A DNA stretch of 64,000 nt from Candidatus Woesearchaeota archaeon. Lineage in GTDB: Archaea; Nanobdellota; Nanobdellia; Woesearchaeales; ARS49. The DNA is taken from positions 70,097 to 134,096 of the forward strand of contig QZIM01000002.1 in NCBI GenBank assembly GCA_003599055.1, read 5' to 3'. The notes under the pieces are model-generated. The model saw only the letters and a list, made by a program, of their open reading frames with translations. It was not told where the DNA came from and did no database searches. The translations under genes were made by a program, and so were the position numbers. Each line of letters opens with the position of its first letter. Within the stretch, counting starts at the first letter, position 1. This document shows, piece by piece, positions 27,501 through 35,553 of this stretch.

Positions 27501-28797
27501 TCACGATTGCGGTGACGCTTCCTTTTTCGCTGAGTTTGCCGCGGGCAACAACGTCTGATTGGTAGGTGGGGCCGAGGTTGCGCAGGTTGGTTTCAACAAA
27601 GCGCGGCGCGCCCGTGTCGTGAATGACGCGAGATTCGACGAGCGTGACGTATCCTGCCTTGTCAACTGCCTTTACTTCGACAAGGTTTTCGCCTTGTTGG
27701 AGGGGTACGGGGACGCTGCTGCGCCCGGTCGTGAGGGTGAGGTGTTGCGGTTCTTGGCCGCAGCTGAGGCGCGCGGAAGTGACGTTGTCATTGCGCGCAG
27801 TGCCTGCAGGTATGGTGGCGGTTTCAACGTCGCTGCGGTCTCCTTCAATGCAGCCCAAGCTGACCGCGCTGACTTGGTATTGGTATGACTTTCCGGGGCT
27901 GATTGAAGTGTCAACGTACTCGTTTTTGCCGGGGACTGCGATGCGAACGCCGTCGCGATAGACGGCGTATTCAAGGATGCCGGTTATCTCGTTCCACGTG
28001 AGCGTGACTTGGCCGGTTTCGATTTTGGTTGCCTGCAGGTTGCCCGGGCGAAGAGGGGGTTCTCCTTGGGGTCGTGACGTGATGGTGATGTTGACGGGTT
28101 CGCTGACCGTGATGTTTGCAATGACGGGTTGTTGTGTTGCGGTTGGCGGGATGCTGACGTTCATGCTTGCGGGAGCAGTATCAACTTCGATTACTTGCGT
28201 TTGTGTTGCGGTTTCGTTGCCAAGGGTTGCGATGAGCGTGACGTTTTGCGGCTGCGCGCGCAGTTCTATTTCGCGAAAGAGGAAGTCTCCGCGGTCGCTC
28301 ACGGTTCTGCGCAGTTCATTGCCGTTAAGGAGCAGTTGGACGGTGGCGCCGGGCCGTGTTTTGCCGCTAACTTCAAGCCGTGGTGTTTTGCTGTAGCGAG
28401 GGAGGTTCGCGCTAACGAAGAGTTTTCCTGCGTAGAACTGTTGGGTTGGGCTGTTTTTGCAGTTTCCTGATTCATCGCAGGACGTGATGCGGTAATAATA
28501 CGGTGTTCCCTGTACGGTGGGGATGGTGATGTTGTGCGCGGTGACAAGGGCGTTGTCTGTTGTGGTGTTGTCAAGCGCGAGTGTTCGCCCAAAGGCAACT
28601 CCTCCGGTTGCGGGAATGTTGGTGGTCCACGTGATGGTGGTGCTCTCTTGGTTGAAGGTAAGGGTGATGTCGCGCAGCTCAGGGGGTGTTGCAGTGCTTG
28701 TTGTTGTCGCATTGCTTGCGTTTACGTCTTGTGCGAAGGCAAAGGGGAAACTACAGAGGAGCCAAATGAGTGCGATTGTGAGGGGTTGTTTTCTCAT
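21538..28797 (-). CDS. giant secreted surface protein (2419 aa) with fibronectin type III and beta-rich repeats
   Basis: Signal peptide MRKQPLTIALIWLLCSFPFAFAQ and an uninterrupted 7.3-kb ORF. An FN3-like segment is present (LQATKIETGQVTLTWNEITGILEYAVYRDGVRIA...YQYQVSAVSLG). The C-terminal 600 aa are Q/T/A-rich and helical. Confidence 0.8.
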   Translation of the reverse strand: MRKQPLTIALIWLLCSFPFAFAQDVNASNATTTSTATPPELRDITLTFNQESTTITWTTNIPATGGVAFGRTLALDNTTTDNALVTAHNITIPTVQGTPYYYRITSCDESGNCKNSPTQQFYAGKLFVSANLPRYSKTPRLEVSGKTRPGATVQLLLNGNELRRTVSDRGDFLFREIELRAQPQNVTLIATLGNETATQTQVIEVDTAPASMNVSIPPTATQQPVIANITVSEPVNITITSRPQGEPPLRPGNLQATKIETGQVTLTWNEITGILEYAVYRDGVRIAVPGKNEYVDTSISPGKSYQYQVSAVSLGCIEGDRSDVETATIPAGTARNDNVTSARLSCGQEPQHLTLTTGRSSVPVPLQQGENLVEVKAVDKAGYVTLVESRVIHDTGAPRFVETNLRNLGPTYQSDVVARGKLSEKGSVTAIVNGKPQKTVLTADDGTFSIPIKLERSTSLQKNATRAVGQIVWGNKIRLDASDAVGFTTQTSEEEIDYQLCGSGTKIAVELSKPTPEILNPQLLIQGAQQVGLSFTYKYQGGQSATINRNQIKILPLELGPEARKDYDNTLVAYNQRPLGVRSTGRGSTPEGTGYLQFTFRPIDNPWQQLPELAEEKEPSNATTFAKREVIAKHRLKDCLVPGFGCMKLFFELEIPFQETVGPLSTDPLVRRTQETEQTTTQFQRTCVSIELPIDIPIPPRYIPKGLLQTTSELLTSIIEGIDTVLKPIQTIGKYLFYTCLAGQGVSLIPIFIEKYQCEFDSVLSSLDDEGKFDPNVAAIGACNEEYSGTDQDEAKGNCNECSDAKRRRAFVDQTYRQVCDRVMCPSAPSLQYYLRQHAPQRLTPVTLTSDAAKAKYTGDTYYKEGESVMIGSDCAALIKKAGQTQAAQQQQTRLRQPPRLFFTYNQVRDIYLKWRDHQTDSAPYPFESSAQSSGKVNCDDLHPAAPECCGFAYMKEWSSACGVSAFGLDTFNEIEESTCLSAEKANVPGGISLGPNKGSVECGNILNSVGGFCDNDGKETPHTIPVAKACCDTGSGATGVLAGLAAPKEQQLYLLLIPQSAQGGTATTGEYNIRLGYVAETIEFDRSPQAGTTPASNQHRINANLNAIEVDSTSIQPYFTQEKIEEYYQKQTITDMQGFRNALCVAAGYGTDQTCPVVGQDIYDQAMAIIGTPDQEYIIRPGDGLVNSLRCICIPTLIAFLQRWRNILGAVRDCMNTILLTGDGSSGVCQAVVSQHACDLLYDAIACFTQKFSSPSGKRLEYSGVGNVMGALTSTGAELSRSVQSRYGETSMYKQVFVEKKLVHSICLFAFTGTWNLDLDAAFDAAIQEVPTESYGLLFPCSRRFIGFNPATRPSGLVTWQYQFGAGIAAGAALENVELVLKCSGGFKCRESDGFARGKCDCDTPKELVVNPEGLSTNVANGQIENKELFITMDGTPGDRQIRYDKAYLRWSWNDGKQTRTSKTDECTISTDGPGSAPSMCRFDPLSLAFRCVLGDETGNIQFLDATVQPTVNIPTPVFTLNEPVAATLRVRQTIFSETEPSEAKYLSYSIKNSQGREVARSSDEVRTLKNGDYTMSFEDFGARPIVAQNWFGSGRTQNREINQWSSVNNPQTAQPAASAIALVNILKPDGTQHTEPFNFIIEVKADSDRRETYVLYDASPERGVGENGFNGKRQKLPGASEGIMQRQITYAGAGTISGTTDQRVGIPRIVLEFPQAPIGLAPGETRQYLISWGLTPDLNPCENPTAQLQPQPFTITYTAKDSDRFGIRTEQTSIDPITDEPVTKSITFNAICTTKQDPRIQSQVQSSQTSNVAELIRRIIDTLQPIASKEAEARTTFTELGTAARADTADDAARRQIRLRLLRTVDDLLETYQLQTQPFETAHTAFSTAIPNIQNANDKTNALTTNTTLTNYKTRLNTAKTRLTTIRTQIAGLSEAPTADEVSEKTGELVTLINTIDTARQIEQLGGQVQRAGQVYQIYGTNAWQYNGQTNTITLRDFTGQITEFRYDAGRGIYASTPENNEYRVALLEFNRNAVIIYRNNQLFGVILRANNGTEITPAPPDAAAFATDLQAKTQQFITSILGPAQRAPVTSAPQIPQTTSLQTLSGVISTIDQFNAEQQIHRARFSEIMSKSDTELLAYTRPPLLSTTITQMDEYISVLQRQKSVIEQHISRLEALNQTAPSVAESTRRTRIIRDTITVWLNPGNLPQRKNEFSTAGTIDIIRESVGSYNIATNFVMEDLTHAKASLELAAAGRPPTPPPSIQTISRLEKIQRAITILDNYKQQLTAQKTYFEQRRDPSYPNILAYAADPARTEAIQQINSVGATFTTHINQLDEISTTPVASGQTEPNFRTTIGLVISQSRPFAGNTADVAQQLRDAQTEQQLRSVFSHVSIVITNRIREIDEAITNLRAQASQP

Positions 28798-30878
28798 ATG
28801 AATGTGGGCCTCAGTGCGGTTGCGTAGGGTGTTCCTTCATATTGTCCGCGTTCGTGGAGGAACAGGAAGAGTCCTGCCTGCTGGTGGGGTTTTTCGGGGA
28901 GCGGCCGGTATTCCATAACGTGAAAGACGATGTTGTCTGCGGTTGCCAAGTCTTCGTATTTGAGCGTGATGTTTTCCGCGTGGTAGCCGCCGACGGGAGT
29001 GTCGCCTTTGAAGAGGAGGATGTCAAGGTCGTATTGCGCGTCGTCGTGGACGAGCCAAAGTTCGTTGCGTGCAATGCCTTCTGCTTCGGAAACAAGCCCG
29101 CTTTCTTCTGAGCTGAACTGGGTGAGGTTTGCGGGGTAGAGGAGGTATTGGTCGAATTCCTTGCCGCGAAGGGAAAGCGAGACGGTTGCGTGCATGGTTT
29201 TGGGAAGTCTTGTGTATATTTGTGAGTCGAGCCAGCGTTGTGCGCGGGCGTTCATGGGGTCGGTTGTGCTGACTTCTTCGTAGTAGGGGTGCACTTGGAT
29301 GGAATAGTTGAGTTTTTTGAGCTTGGTGAGGGAGAGGTCAACGCGGTTCTCGGTTGCCTGCTGTTCGGATGAGAGGTATCCTTCTTTTTGCCCGATGATG
29401 AGGGGGGCGTTGCATCCTTCGGGCAGGTAGCTAAAGAGGCGAATGGCGCCTGACCCGTCGCTGTACGTTTGGCCAAGGAGGCATTCTTGGTTAAGGCAGC
29501 GGTAGGTGACATTGACTCCGTCAAGTTCTTCTGCGATGGGGCTTCCTTCAACGAATCCGCGTGCGCGAACGTCAATCGTGCGGTCTCCGAAGCTTGTGCA
29601 GAATTCGGTTGTGAGCGGCGGCGCGCGGAACTCGCGCAGTCCAAAGAATATGCGGCTCGGTTCGTTGTCTTTGATGATAACGGGGAATGCGTAGTTGAAC
29701 ACGTATCCTTCGCCGTTGAATGCGTCATCGTCGCGAATGGAGACTTTGATGGGGTAGATGAGGTCATAGGTGAAATGCCATTGGTTGAGGCAGACAAAGC
29801 GCAGGTATTTGCGCGGGCCTTTCATATTTTCTGTGGAGAGGATGCCGCCGCGTGCGGGGTCTGCGTTAAGGAAGAGTTGGCCGTTGAGGGGATAGGTGAA
29901 TGCTGCTTTAAGGGTGGTGTCGCGAACGCCGGCATCAAGGGTCATGCGGTTGATTTCGTAGACGTCATCAGGGACATTGCGCGGCCAGTTGGGCGTTGCT
30001 CCCGCTTCGAGTTGTGCGCGAATCGTTTCCGCTTGGTCTTTGAGCCGTTCATAGGTGCGCTCGCTTGCGATGGGTTCGGTGTTTTGCGTGTTTGCAACGC
30101 GAACCGTGGGCAGGTTATACGCAAGGAGGTTGCGCAGTTCGTTTCGGACTTCGGGAAGGTACCATTTTTTGGTTCCGCAACTGAACTCCATTCCGCTCAA
30201 GGGTATGCGGCTGTTTGCGCTCATAAGGTCAAGGGTGAGATTTTCAAACCATTCCTGCTCGTTTTCTGCTTTCATAATTGCAGAGGCAAGTTCGTGGATG
30301 GGCTTGAGGCGCACGGTGTGGCTGGTGACAAAGTCAGTCATTTGTGTCCTGCGTTCGGTTGTTTGAATGTCAAGGGGCCAGTTGACGTTGACAATGACGC
30401 GGTCATCGGTGATGCTGATGACGGGGAGGATATTTCCGGTTGGGGTGACTTCAAAGACAGGGGCAAACGCGCGAAACTCATCAACGCATTCAGCGAGGTT
30501 GTTTTTGATGTGATGTTGAAGTTCGCGCGTGATGGTTTCAAGCGATGGCGTGCGGTCTTCTCCTTCAAAGTACCAGTACGGGGTTTTGAGGGTGCCGAAT
30601 TCGTCAAGCGCGACATAGCTTGAGGGGGTTCGCGCGATGATTTGGGGAATTTCAATGTATCCGCTTTGTTGCCCTAAGATTTCAAGGCCTTCGCGGGTAA
30701 GGTCGCGCGTGCACGTGACGACGGCATCGTAGATTTGCTGCACGTCTTCGGGGACGGTGATTGCGCGCTCAAGCGGTGCGCGCGCTTCGCGGGAGGTAAA
30801 ATAGATGACAAGTCCGATAGAGAGGAGAATGATAAGTCCTAATATGATAAATATGGTGAGCTGTGCTCGATTATTCAT
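28794..30878 (-). CDS. large type-IV-pilin-like protein (class III signal peptide), 694 aa
   Basis: The N-terminus MNNRAQLTIFIILGLIILLSIGLVIYFTSRE is a basic residue plus Gln followed by a single hydrophobic helix. It is a paralog of 31504..32409 and 43594..45735, sharing the post-TM block V..C.....G...G.QGGY. ATGA overlap with the giant gene downstream. Confidence 0.65.
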   Translation of the reverse strand: MNNRAQLTIFIILGLIILLSIGLVIYFTSREARAPLERAITVPEDVQQIYDAVVTCTRDLTREGLEILGQQSGYIEIPQIIARTPSSYVALDEFGTLKTPYWYFEGEDRTPSLETITRELQHHIKNNLAECVDEFRAFAPVFEVTPTGNILPVISITDDRVIVNVNWPLDIQTTERRTQMTDFVTSHTVRLKPIHELASAIMKAENEQEWFENLTLDLMSANSRIPLSGMEFSCGTKKWYLPEVRNELRNLLAYNLPTVRVANTQNTEPIASERTYERLKDQAETIRAQLEAGATPNWPRNVPDDVYEINRMTLDAGVRDTTLKAAFTYPLNGQLFLNADPARGGILSTENMKGPRKYLRFVCLNQWHFTYDLIYPIKVSIRDDDAFNGEGYVFNYAFPVIIKDNEPSRIFFGLREFRAPPLTTEFCTSFGDRTIDVRARGFVEGSPIAEELDGVNVTYRCLNQECLLGQTYSDGSGAIRLFSYLPEGCNAPLIIGQKEGYLSSEQQATENRVDLSLTKLKKLNYSIQVHPYYEEVSTTDPMNARAQRWLDSQIYTRLPKTMHATVSLSLRGKEFDQYLLYPANLTQFSSEESGLVSEAEGIARNELWLVHDDAQYDLDILLFKGDTPVGGYHAENITLKYEDLATADNIVFHVMEYRPLPEKPHQQAGLFLFLHERGQYEGTPYATALRPTFI

Positions 30879-30976
30879 TGTACCCCTTTTTTTAACCCTG
30901 TTTGACCGATTGGTCTTGTTGTATTTAAAGGTTTATATTTGAGAACGGGCTGCAGAAATGGAAAAAATCGTTGTGT

Positions 30977-31366
30977 TTAGCGGCACACGCACTGCCAGCG
31001 GTTCGGGCCAAAGGGGTCGCAGGGCTTAAGCGCAAGGGTTTTTCCGCAGTAGGGGATTTTTTGTGATGCTGCCTTGTACGCATCGATGCACTGGCCGGGC
31101 TGTCCGTTCACCATAAGTTGGTCAACGTTAAAGCCGCAGGCACTCCATTTTCGGCACTGGCCGCTGCATTGTGTTTGCGTCCATTGTTGCGGTGTTGCAG
31201 GAGTGTAGGTGCGCGGAACTGTTACCGTGCGGGTTGGGACTTGGGTTCGTTGTTGGACAATCAGTTCTCCACTTGTCGCGGACGGGCTTTCGGTGTAAAC
31301 AAGGCCGAACGCGGCGGTGAGGGCGACGATGGCAATAAGCGCGATGAGTGGAGTCTTTTCGTTCAT
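30977..31366 (-). CDS. small signal-anchored Cys-rich protein
   Basis: TM anchor (MNEKTPLIALIAIVALTAAFGLVY) and a C-terminal domain with 8 Cys. Confidence 0.45.
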   Translation of the reverse strand: MNEKTPLIALIAIVALTAAFGLVYTESPSATSGELIVQQRTQVPTRTVTVPRTYTPATPQQWTQTQCSGQCRKWSACGFNVDQLMVNGQPGQCIDAYKAASQKIPYCGKTLALKPCDPFGPNRWQCVCR

Positions 31367-31472
31367 TTTTCCTCTTTTTTCGTTCACAGAATCACTGATT
31401 ATTTTTAATTGTTGCGGGTTTTTCGCGTTTCCAAGTTGTCGTACATTTTTCTCTTTGGTCGTACAATTATCT

Positions 31473-31480
31473 TTATAAAC
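31473..31480 (+). promoter_or_regulatory. TATA-like box about 27 nt upstream of ATG (probable leaderless transcript)
   Basis: The tttataaa box is centred about 28 nt upstream of the 31504 ATG and lies in an AT-rich spacer. Confidence 0.35.
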
Positions 31481-31503
31481 AAAAACAACTGCGTCACGCA
31501 CAG

Positions 31504-32409
31504 ATGAAAAGAGGTCAGGTTACTGTTTTTATCATATTGGGTATTTTGCTTCTTGCAGGGGTTGGTTTCTATCTTTACTTGTCCGGTCGTGAGGCAGAGG
31601 TTCCGCTTGAGGCGGGCGTGATGAAGCCGACAACAGACCCGCGGGTTTTTCAGGAGTTTGTTGAGGCGTGTCTTGCGGAGACCGTGACGCAGGGAGTTTA
31701 TACGATTGCGGCGCAAGGCGGCTATTCTGCGCCAAAGGGTGATTGGTCGCTTGGCGATTCCGGAGACGGTCTTCCGATTCACTATTATGTGCCTGAGGGG
31801 GTCGTGCCGTTTGTTTTGAACAGGAACGATTCGGCAGTGCGTCCTCTTGCTGATGTTGAGCTGGTTCTTGCGCGGTATGTTGCGGCGAATTTTGATGAGT
31901 GTTTGGACTTTTCTGATTTGGAAGCAAGAGGGTACGAGGTAAAAAAGCCAACTGTTGACTTTGAGGCGATAAACTGGGATTTTGCAAGGGCAAAAGTTGA
32001 GTTTGCGCAGGAGACCGTGCGAATAGATGCAGAGCTTCGGCCTGAGGGCGATATTTTTGTTCGCGCAAGATACCCGATTGCGGTAAGCGGCCTTGATGCG
32101 TCGTTTACGATTCCGGAAACTGCAGTGGTTGTGCCGCTTCGGCTGGCGTTGCTCCATAAGATTGCCGTGCGTCTTGCTGACCAGATAGGGAAGGCGGCAA
32201 GGCAGGGAAGTGCCTATAAGGTTGATGAGCATTGTCAGGAATATGCTCCGGCGGATATGCAGGTAAATGTGTATGCGTTCAAGAGCGGCGCCGTGCGTGA
32301 GGCGCTCATCACCGTAGTTGACGCAAGCCCGCGTCGTCTTGGCTTAGCCCCGCTTCGGTTCAATATTGCCGTGCGAAATGCGGATGCAGAAGGAGTGTGT
32401 CTTGGATGA
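31504..32409 (+). CDS. type-IV-pilin-like protein (class III signal peptide), 301 aa
   Basis: MKRGQVTVFIILGILLLAGVGFYLYLSGRE is a classic KRGQ prepilin-like start. Its conserved block (EFVEACLAETVTQGVYTIAAQGGY) is shared with the 694- and 713-aa paralogs. The 13-nt overlap with the downstream giant gene indicates co-transcription. Confidence 0.7.
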   Translation: MKRGQVTVFIILGILLLAGVGFYLYLSGREAEVPLEAGVMKPTTDPRVFQEFVEACLAETVTQGVYTIAAQGGYSAPKGDWSLGDSGDGLPIHYYVPEGVVPFVLNRNDSAVRPLADVELVLARYVAANFDECLDFSDLEARGYEVKKPTVDFEAINWDFARAKVEFAQETVRIDAELRPEGDIFVRARYPIAVSGLDASFTIPETAVVVPLRLALLHKIAVRLADQIGKAARQGSAYKVDEHCQEYAPADMQVNVYAFKSGAVREALITVVDASPRRLGLAPLRFNIAVRNADAEGVCLG

Positions 32410-35400
32410 AATCATTTGCGTTGTTTGCAATTATGTTGTTCTTGCTCTATCCGGTGGATGTTTCTGCGCAGCTTGACGGTGCGGACGGGGGTGAGGGTTT
32501 TGACTCATTTATTCCGGTGTTGGGAAATGTAACGGTGTCCATTGATGTCGCTTCTGTTGTCATTCCCGCATCTTTTAGTGGCGAGGATGTTTCTGCGCAA
32601 GTGAGTGTGCGGTTGGATGGGCCAAACCGGCAGGTAGGGGTTTTGGGAATCAAGATGACGCTCAAGAATTACACGGGCGGCGAGGCAGTTCTGTCAGGTG
32701 ACCAGTCGTTGACTGTTTCGCTGCAGCCGGATGCAGTGTCGAATGCGGTTGTTCTTGAAAATCTGAACTGGCGCATCTTTAGCTATTATGGGCAGTTGCA
32801 GCAGGGGCAAACCGGCTTTGGTCGCGAATTATTTTTTGATGTTCTGAAGGGCGGGAAGAATTATGGCCGTTTGGCGCTGAGTTTTGAATTGATTGACCCG
32901 CTTGCGGATGAGAGCGAGGTGACGATTTCAAAGGACGGCAGTAAGGTTGGTTCGGGTACGGTGTTTTCTGATGATGAGCCGCTTATCGACCAGTTCACGC
33001 AGGTGACGAATTTGTTTGCGGGTTTTGTGACGACGAGAAACGGCAATCCGGTGCAGACAGGGGAGATTCGGGCAGCAGTGGGAGGAGGGGTAATTGGCGG
33101 AGGGGCATTTGTTTCGGAAATCTCTGCGGTTGGCGAGCGCGGGGGGTATGGGTTCCACGGGCGCCCGATGGTTGTTTCAGGAGTGGTCGGCACTCCGGTT
33201 GATTTTTATTTTGGGGATTACAAATTGGAGACGGCGTATTTGACAAGTGAGGGGCAGGTGCGCAGGCTTGATTTCCAGCTTCCTATTGTGACGAGCGCAG
33301 TGAACTTCCCTGATTGGGATTTGGATGGGGTTCCTGATACGGAAGATGTCTGTCCGAGTTCTGATTCAAATTTGGTTGATGCGAACGGTTGCACCTGCGC
33401 GCAGCTGGTGGCGCTCAAGGGCGGAAGTTGCGTATATGTTCCCGGAAAAGGGCCGAAGTGGAGTCCTCCTGCGCCTCCGCCTCCGCAGTGTAAGACGCCA
33501 AATAAGTGCATAAGCGGCCAAGGCCCGAAGTTTTGCACGGAGAACTCAACAATTATCAATAATTGCGAAGAGTGCGGCTGTACGCCCGGGTTCACGTGTA
33601 ATCCCTGCCCTGAAGGGATGGAGTGCATTACGGATGGGAATTGTTACAAGGTAATTGAGCGGGTTGGGCTTAAGTGTTTGACAAATAAGTACGTGAACGG
33701 GCCCGGGCTGAATTGCTCGACATTGGGCAACACGTGGGTTGACGTTTTTGCAGAAGACCCGCTGAAGCGTGACTTGAGCAATTTCATTACGGTTGAGGTG
33801 GAGACGGGAACATTTGGGGGGAAGCGCAGGGATATTCGCCAGCAGATGGTGAACAATTTGAAGATGCAGAAGGTGTGCATTGATTCGGTTGACATTGGTT
33901 GTGTTCCGGAAGGGACAAAGTGTGCGGGTGAAGTGCTTTTGCAGCGGGACTTTGGTGAAGTGACCTCGGTACTTTCACAGTTCGTTCGGACAAAGACAAC
34001 GCGTGACCTTGCGGGAGCGCTTGCTTCGCCGCTGAATATCGGATTGTCGACAGGAGGCGCGCTTGCGGGTGCGCTGATTGGCGCGTCAATGGCAGGGCCG
34101 CTTCTTGCCGCAGGGCCGCTTGCCATTATCGGCTTGCTTGTCGGCGCAGTGATTGGCTTGCTTGGCGCGTTCTTTGCAAAGGTGCGCATTAAGTTTGGCC
34201 TGAACGTCCAGGCAATCAAGGATAGTTCTACAAAGGTGGCGTACGTTTGTGACCCTCTGTTGGTTCTTGGCAATATGACGTGTTCGCCGTTGATGCAAAA
34301 CACGGATTCTGATGGCGGAATTGATATTTTGTTTATGGCTGATGGGTATTCTGATGATGAGTTCCAAGCACTTGTTGAACAGCTTATCGACCGCAATAGT
34401 ACTGCGTCGGGTACGCGCAGGGAAGGTTTGTTCTCAAGAGAGCCGTTCCGCGGAAACAAGGGGCTGTTTAACGTGTGGATTATGACGGCAAACCAGTCGA
34501 TTGGCCACGTTGCGGATGAGTTCAGGCCATCGCTGGGAAGGCGTCCGAACATTACGGATGTTCGTCAGATTGCGGCGTACTGTCCGCAGCAGGACTTCAC
34601 GTTTGTTGTGACAAAGGGTGAGCGGTATTTCAGTGATTGCAGCTTTGAGGGAACGCAGCCGTGTTATTTGAGTATGGAAGATGAGGGTGTGCCGGGGCGG
34701 CAGGTGCTCCGTATGATGGGGAAGGCCTTGGGCGGTCTTGCAGATGAGTGGACTTTTGAGCGGGATGCGGTTCCAAGCAAGTATCGCGTGATGGGTCTTG
34801 AGTTTGTCGCAAGCGACAATCGTCCGAACTGTCAGACTGATGTGAATGAGGCGCGTGCGAAGTGGGGTGATAAGATTGCGGAGGCAGGGGTCGGCATTTT
34901 TGATGGGTGCGGCGGTGAATGTACGAATTGTGCGCGGTTCCAGCGCCCAACGTATAACAGCGCGATGCGGAATTGGACGCAACGGTGCACATCTGAAGGC
35001 AACTGTCGTGACGGCCCGCCGTACGACCCGTTCTATATTGTGAATGAGGAGGCGCTCATTGATGCAATGCAAAAATGGGGTGATGCAGAGGCAAGTGAGG
35101 AGGCGCCAAGCGCGCCGGTGTCGATGGAAGATGAGCAGGGTGGTAAAGAGGAGGTTTCAGAGGGGGAAGGGACGACCGAGTCTGATGTGAGTCAGGTTGA
35201 CATTAGCGTGTTTTCATTCAATCCGGGTTCAATTACGATTGCACGCGGAGAAAAAGTCCGATGGACAAACAAGGACGCAACCGAACACACGGTGACGGGA
35301 ACCGGGTTTGATTCGCGCCTCGCGCCGCAGCAGAGTTTTACAAGGACGTTTGACACTGCGGGGACGTTCACATACCAGTGCAGTATTCACCCGGAAATGC

Positions 35401-35423
35401 AGGGTGTTGTGATTGTCGAGTAG
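32397..35423 (+). CDS. giant mosaic surface protein (1008 aa): TSP3-like repeat, Cys-rich module, internal Gly-zipper TM, degenerate M64-peptidase-like domain, C-terminal cupredoxin
   Basis: Signal peptide MSWMKSFALFAIMLFLLYPVDVSAQ. DWDLDGVPDTEDVCP is a thrombospondin-3-type Ca-binding repeat. A Gly-zipper TM helix lies mid-protein (GALAGALIGASMAGPLLAAGPLAIIGLLVGAVIGLL). IDILFMADGYSDDEF...GGLADEW resembles the IgA-peptidase M64 fold but has no HExxH. The C-terminal cupredoxin carries H...CSIHPEMQG. Confidence 0.75.
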   Translation: MSWMKSFALFAIMLFLLYPVDVSAQLDGADGGEGFDSFIPVLGNVTVSIDVASVVIPASFSGEDVSAQVSVRLDGPNRQVGVLGIKMTLKNYTGGEAVLSGDQSLTVSLQPDAVSNAVVLENLNWRIFSYYGQLQQGQTGFGRELFFDVLKGGKNYGRLALSFELIDPLADESEVTISKDGSKVGSGTVFSDDEPLIDQFTQVTNLFAGFVTTRNGNPVQTGEIRAAVGGGVIGGGAFVSEISAVGERGGYGFHGRPMVVSGVVGTPVDFYFGDYKLETAYLTSEGQVRRLDFQLPIVTSAVNFPDWDLDGVPDTEDVCPSSDSNLVDANGCTCAQLVALKGGSCVYVPGKGPKWSPPAPPPPQCKTPNKCISGQGPKFCTENSTIINNCEECGCTPGFTCNPCPEGMECITDGNCYKVIERVGLKCLTNKYVNGPGLNCSTLGNTWVDVFAEDPLKRDLSNFITVEVETGTFGGKRRDIRQQMVNNLKMQKVCIDSVDIGCVPEGTKCAGEVLLQRDFGEVTSVLSQFVRTKTTRDLAGALASPLNIGLSTGGALAGALIGASMAGPLLAAGPLAIIGLLVGAVIGLLGAFFAKVRIKFGLNVQAIKDSSTKVAYVCDPLLVLGNMTCSPLMQNTDSDGGIDILFMADGYSDDEFQALVEQLIDRNSTASGTRREGLFSREPFRGNKGLFNVWIMTANQSIGHVADEFRPSLGRRPNITDVRQIAAYCPQQDFTFVVTKGERYFSDCSFEGTQPCYLSMEDEGVPGRQVLRMMGKALGGLADEWTFERDAVPSKYRVMGLEFVASDNRPNCQTDVNEARAKWGDKIAEAGVGIFDGCGGECTNCARFQRPTYNSAMRNWTQRCTSEGNCRDGPPYDPFYIVNEEALIDAMQKWGDAEASEEAPSAPVSMEDEQGGKEEVSEGEGTTESDVSQVDISVFSFNPGSITIARGEKVRWTNKDATEHTVTGTGFDSRLAPQQSFTRTFDTAGTFTYQCSIHPEMQGVVIVE

Positions 35424-35553
35424 GTTTTTTACGGAACTGAATTCCAACATTCATCTTCTTTATTGAGCCAGTCCTTTTTAAGAACTTGTTCTGATGCGAG
35501 CATAGTGCTGGCTGATTCTTGACTCATCTCTTGGTTTTCTATTTTCTTATCAT

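Noticed and set aside
21793-28712. Numerous 60-240-aa ORFs inside the 2419-aa gene on both strands (for example 23114..23827, 25170..25892, 29469..30623 within the 694-aa gene)
   Set aside because: They are shadow ORFs within long GC-rich genes. They are Ala/Arg/Ser/Thr/Pro-rich, low-complexity, and lack starts with plausible signals.
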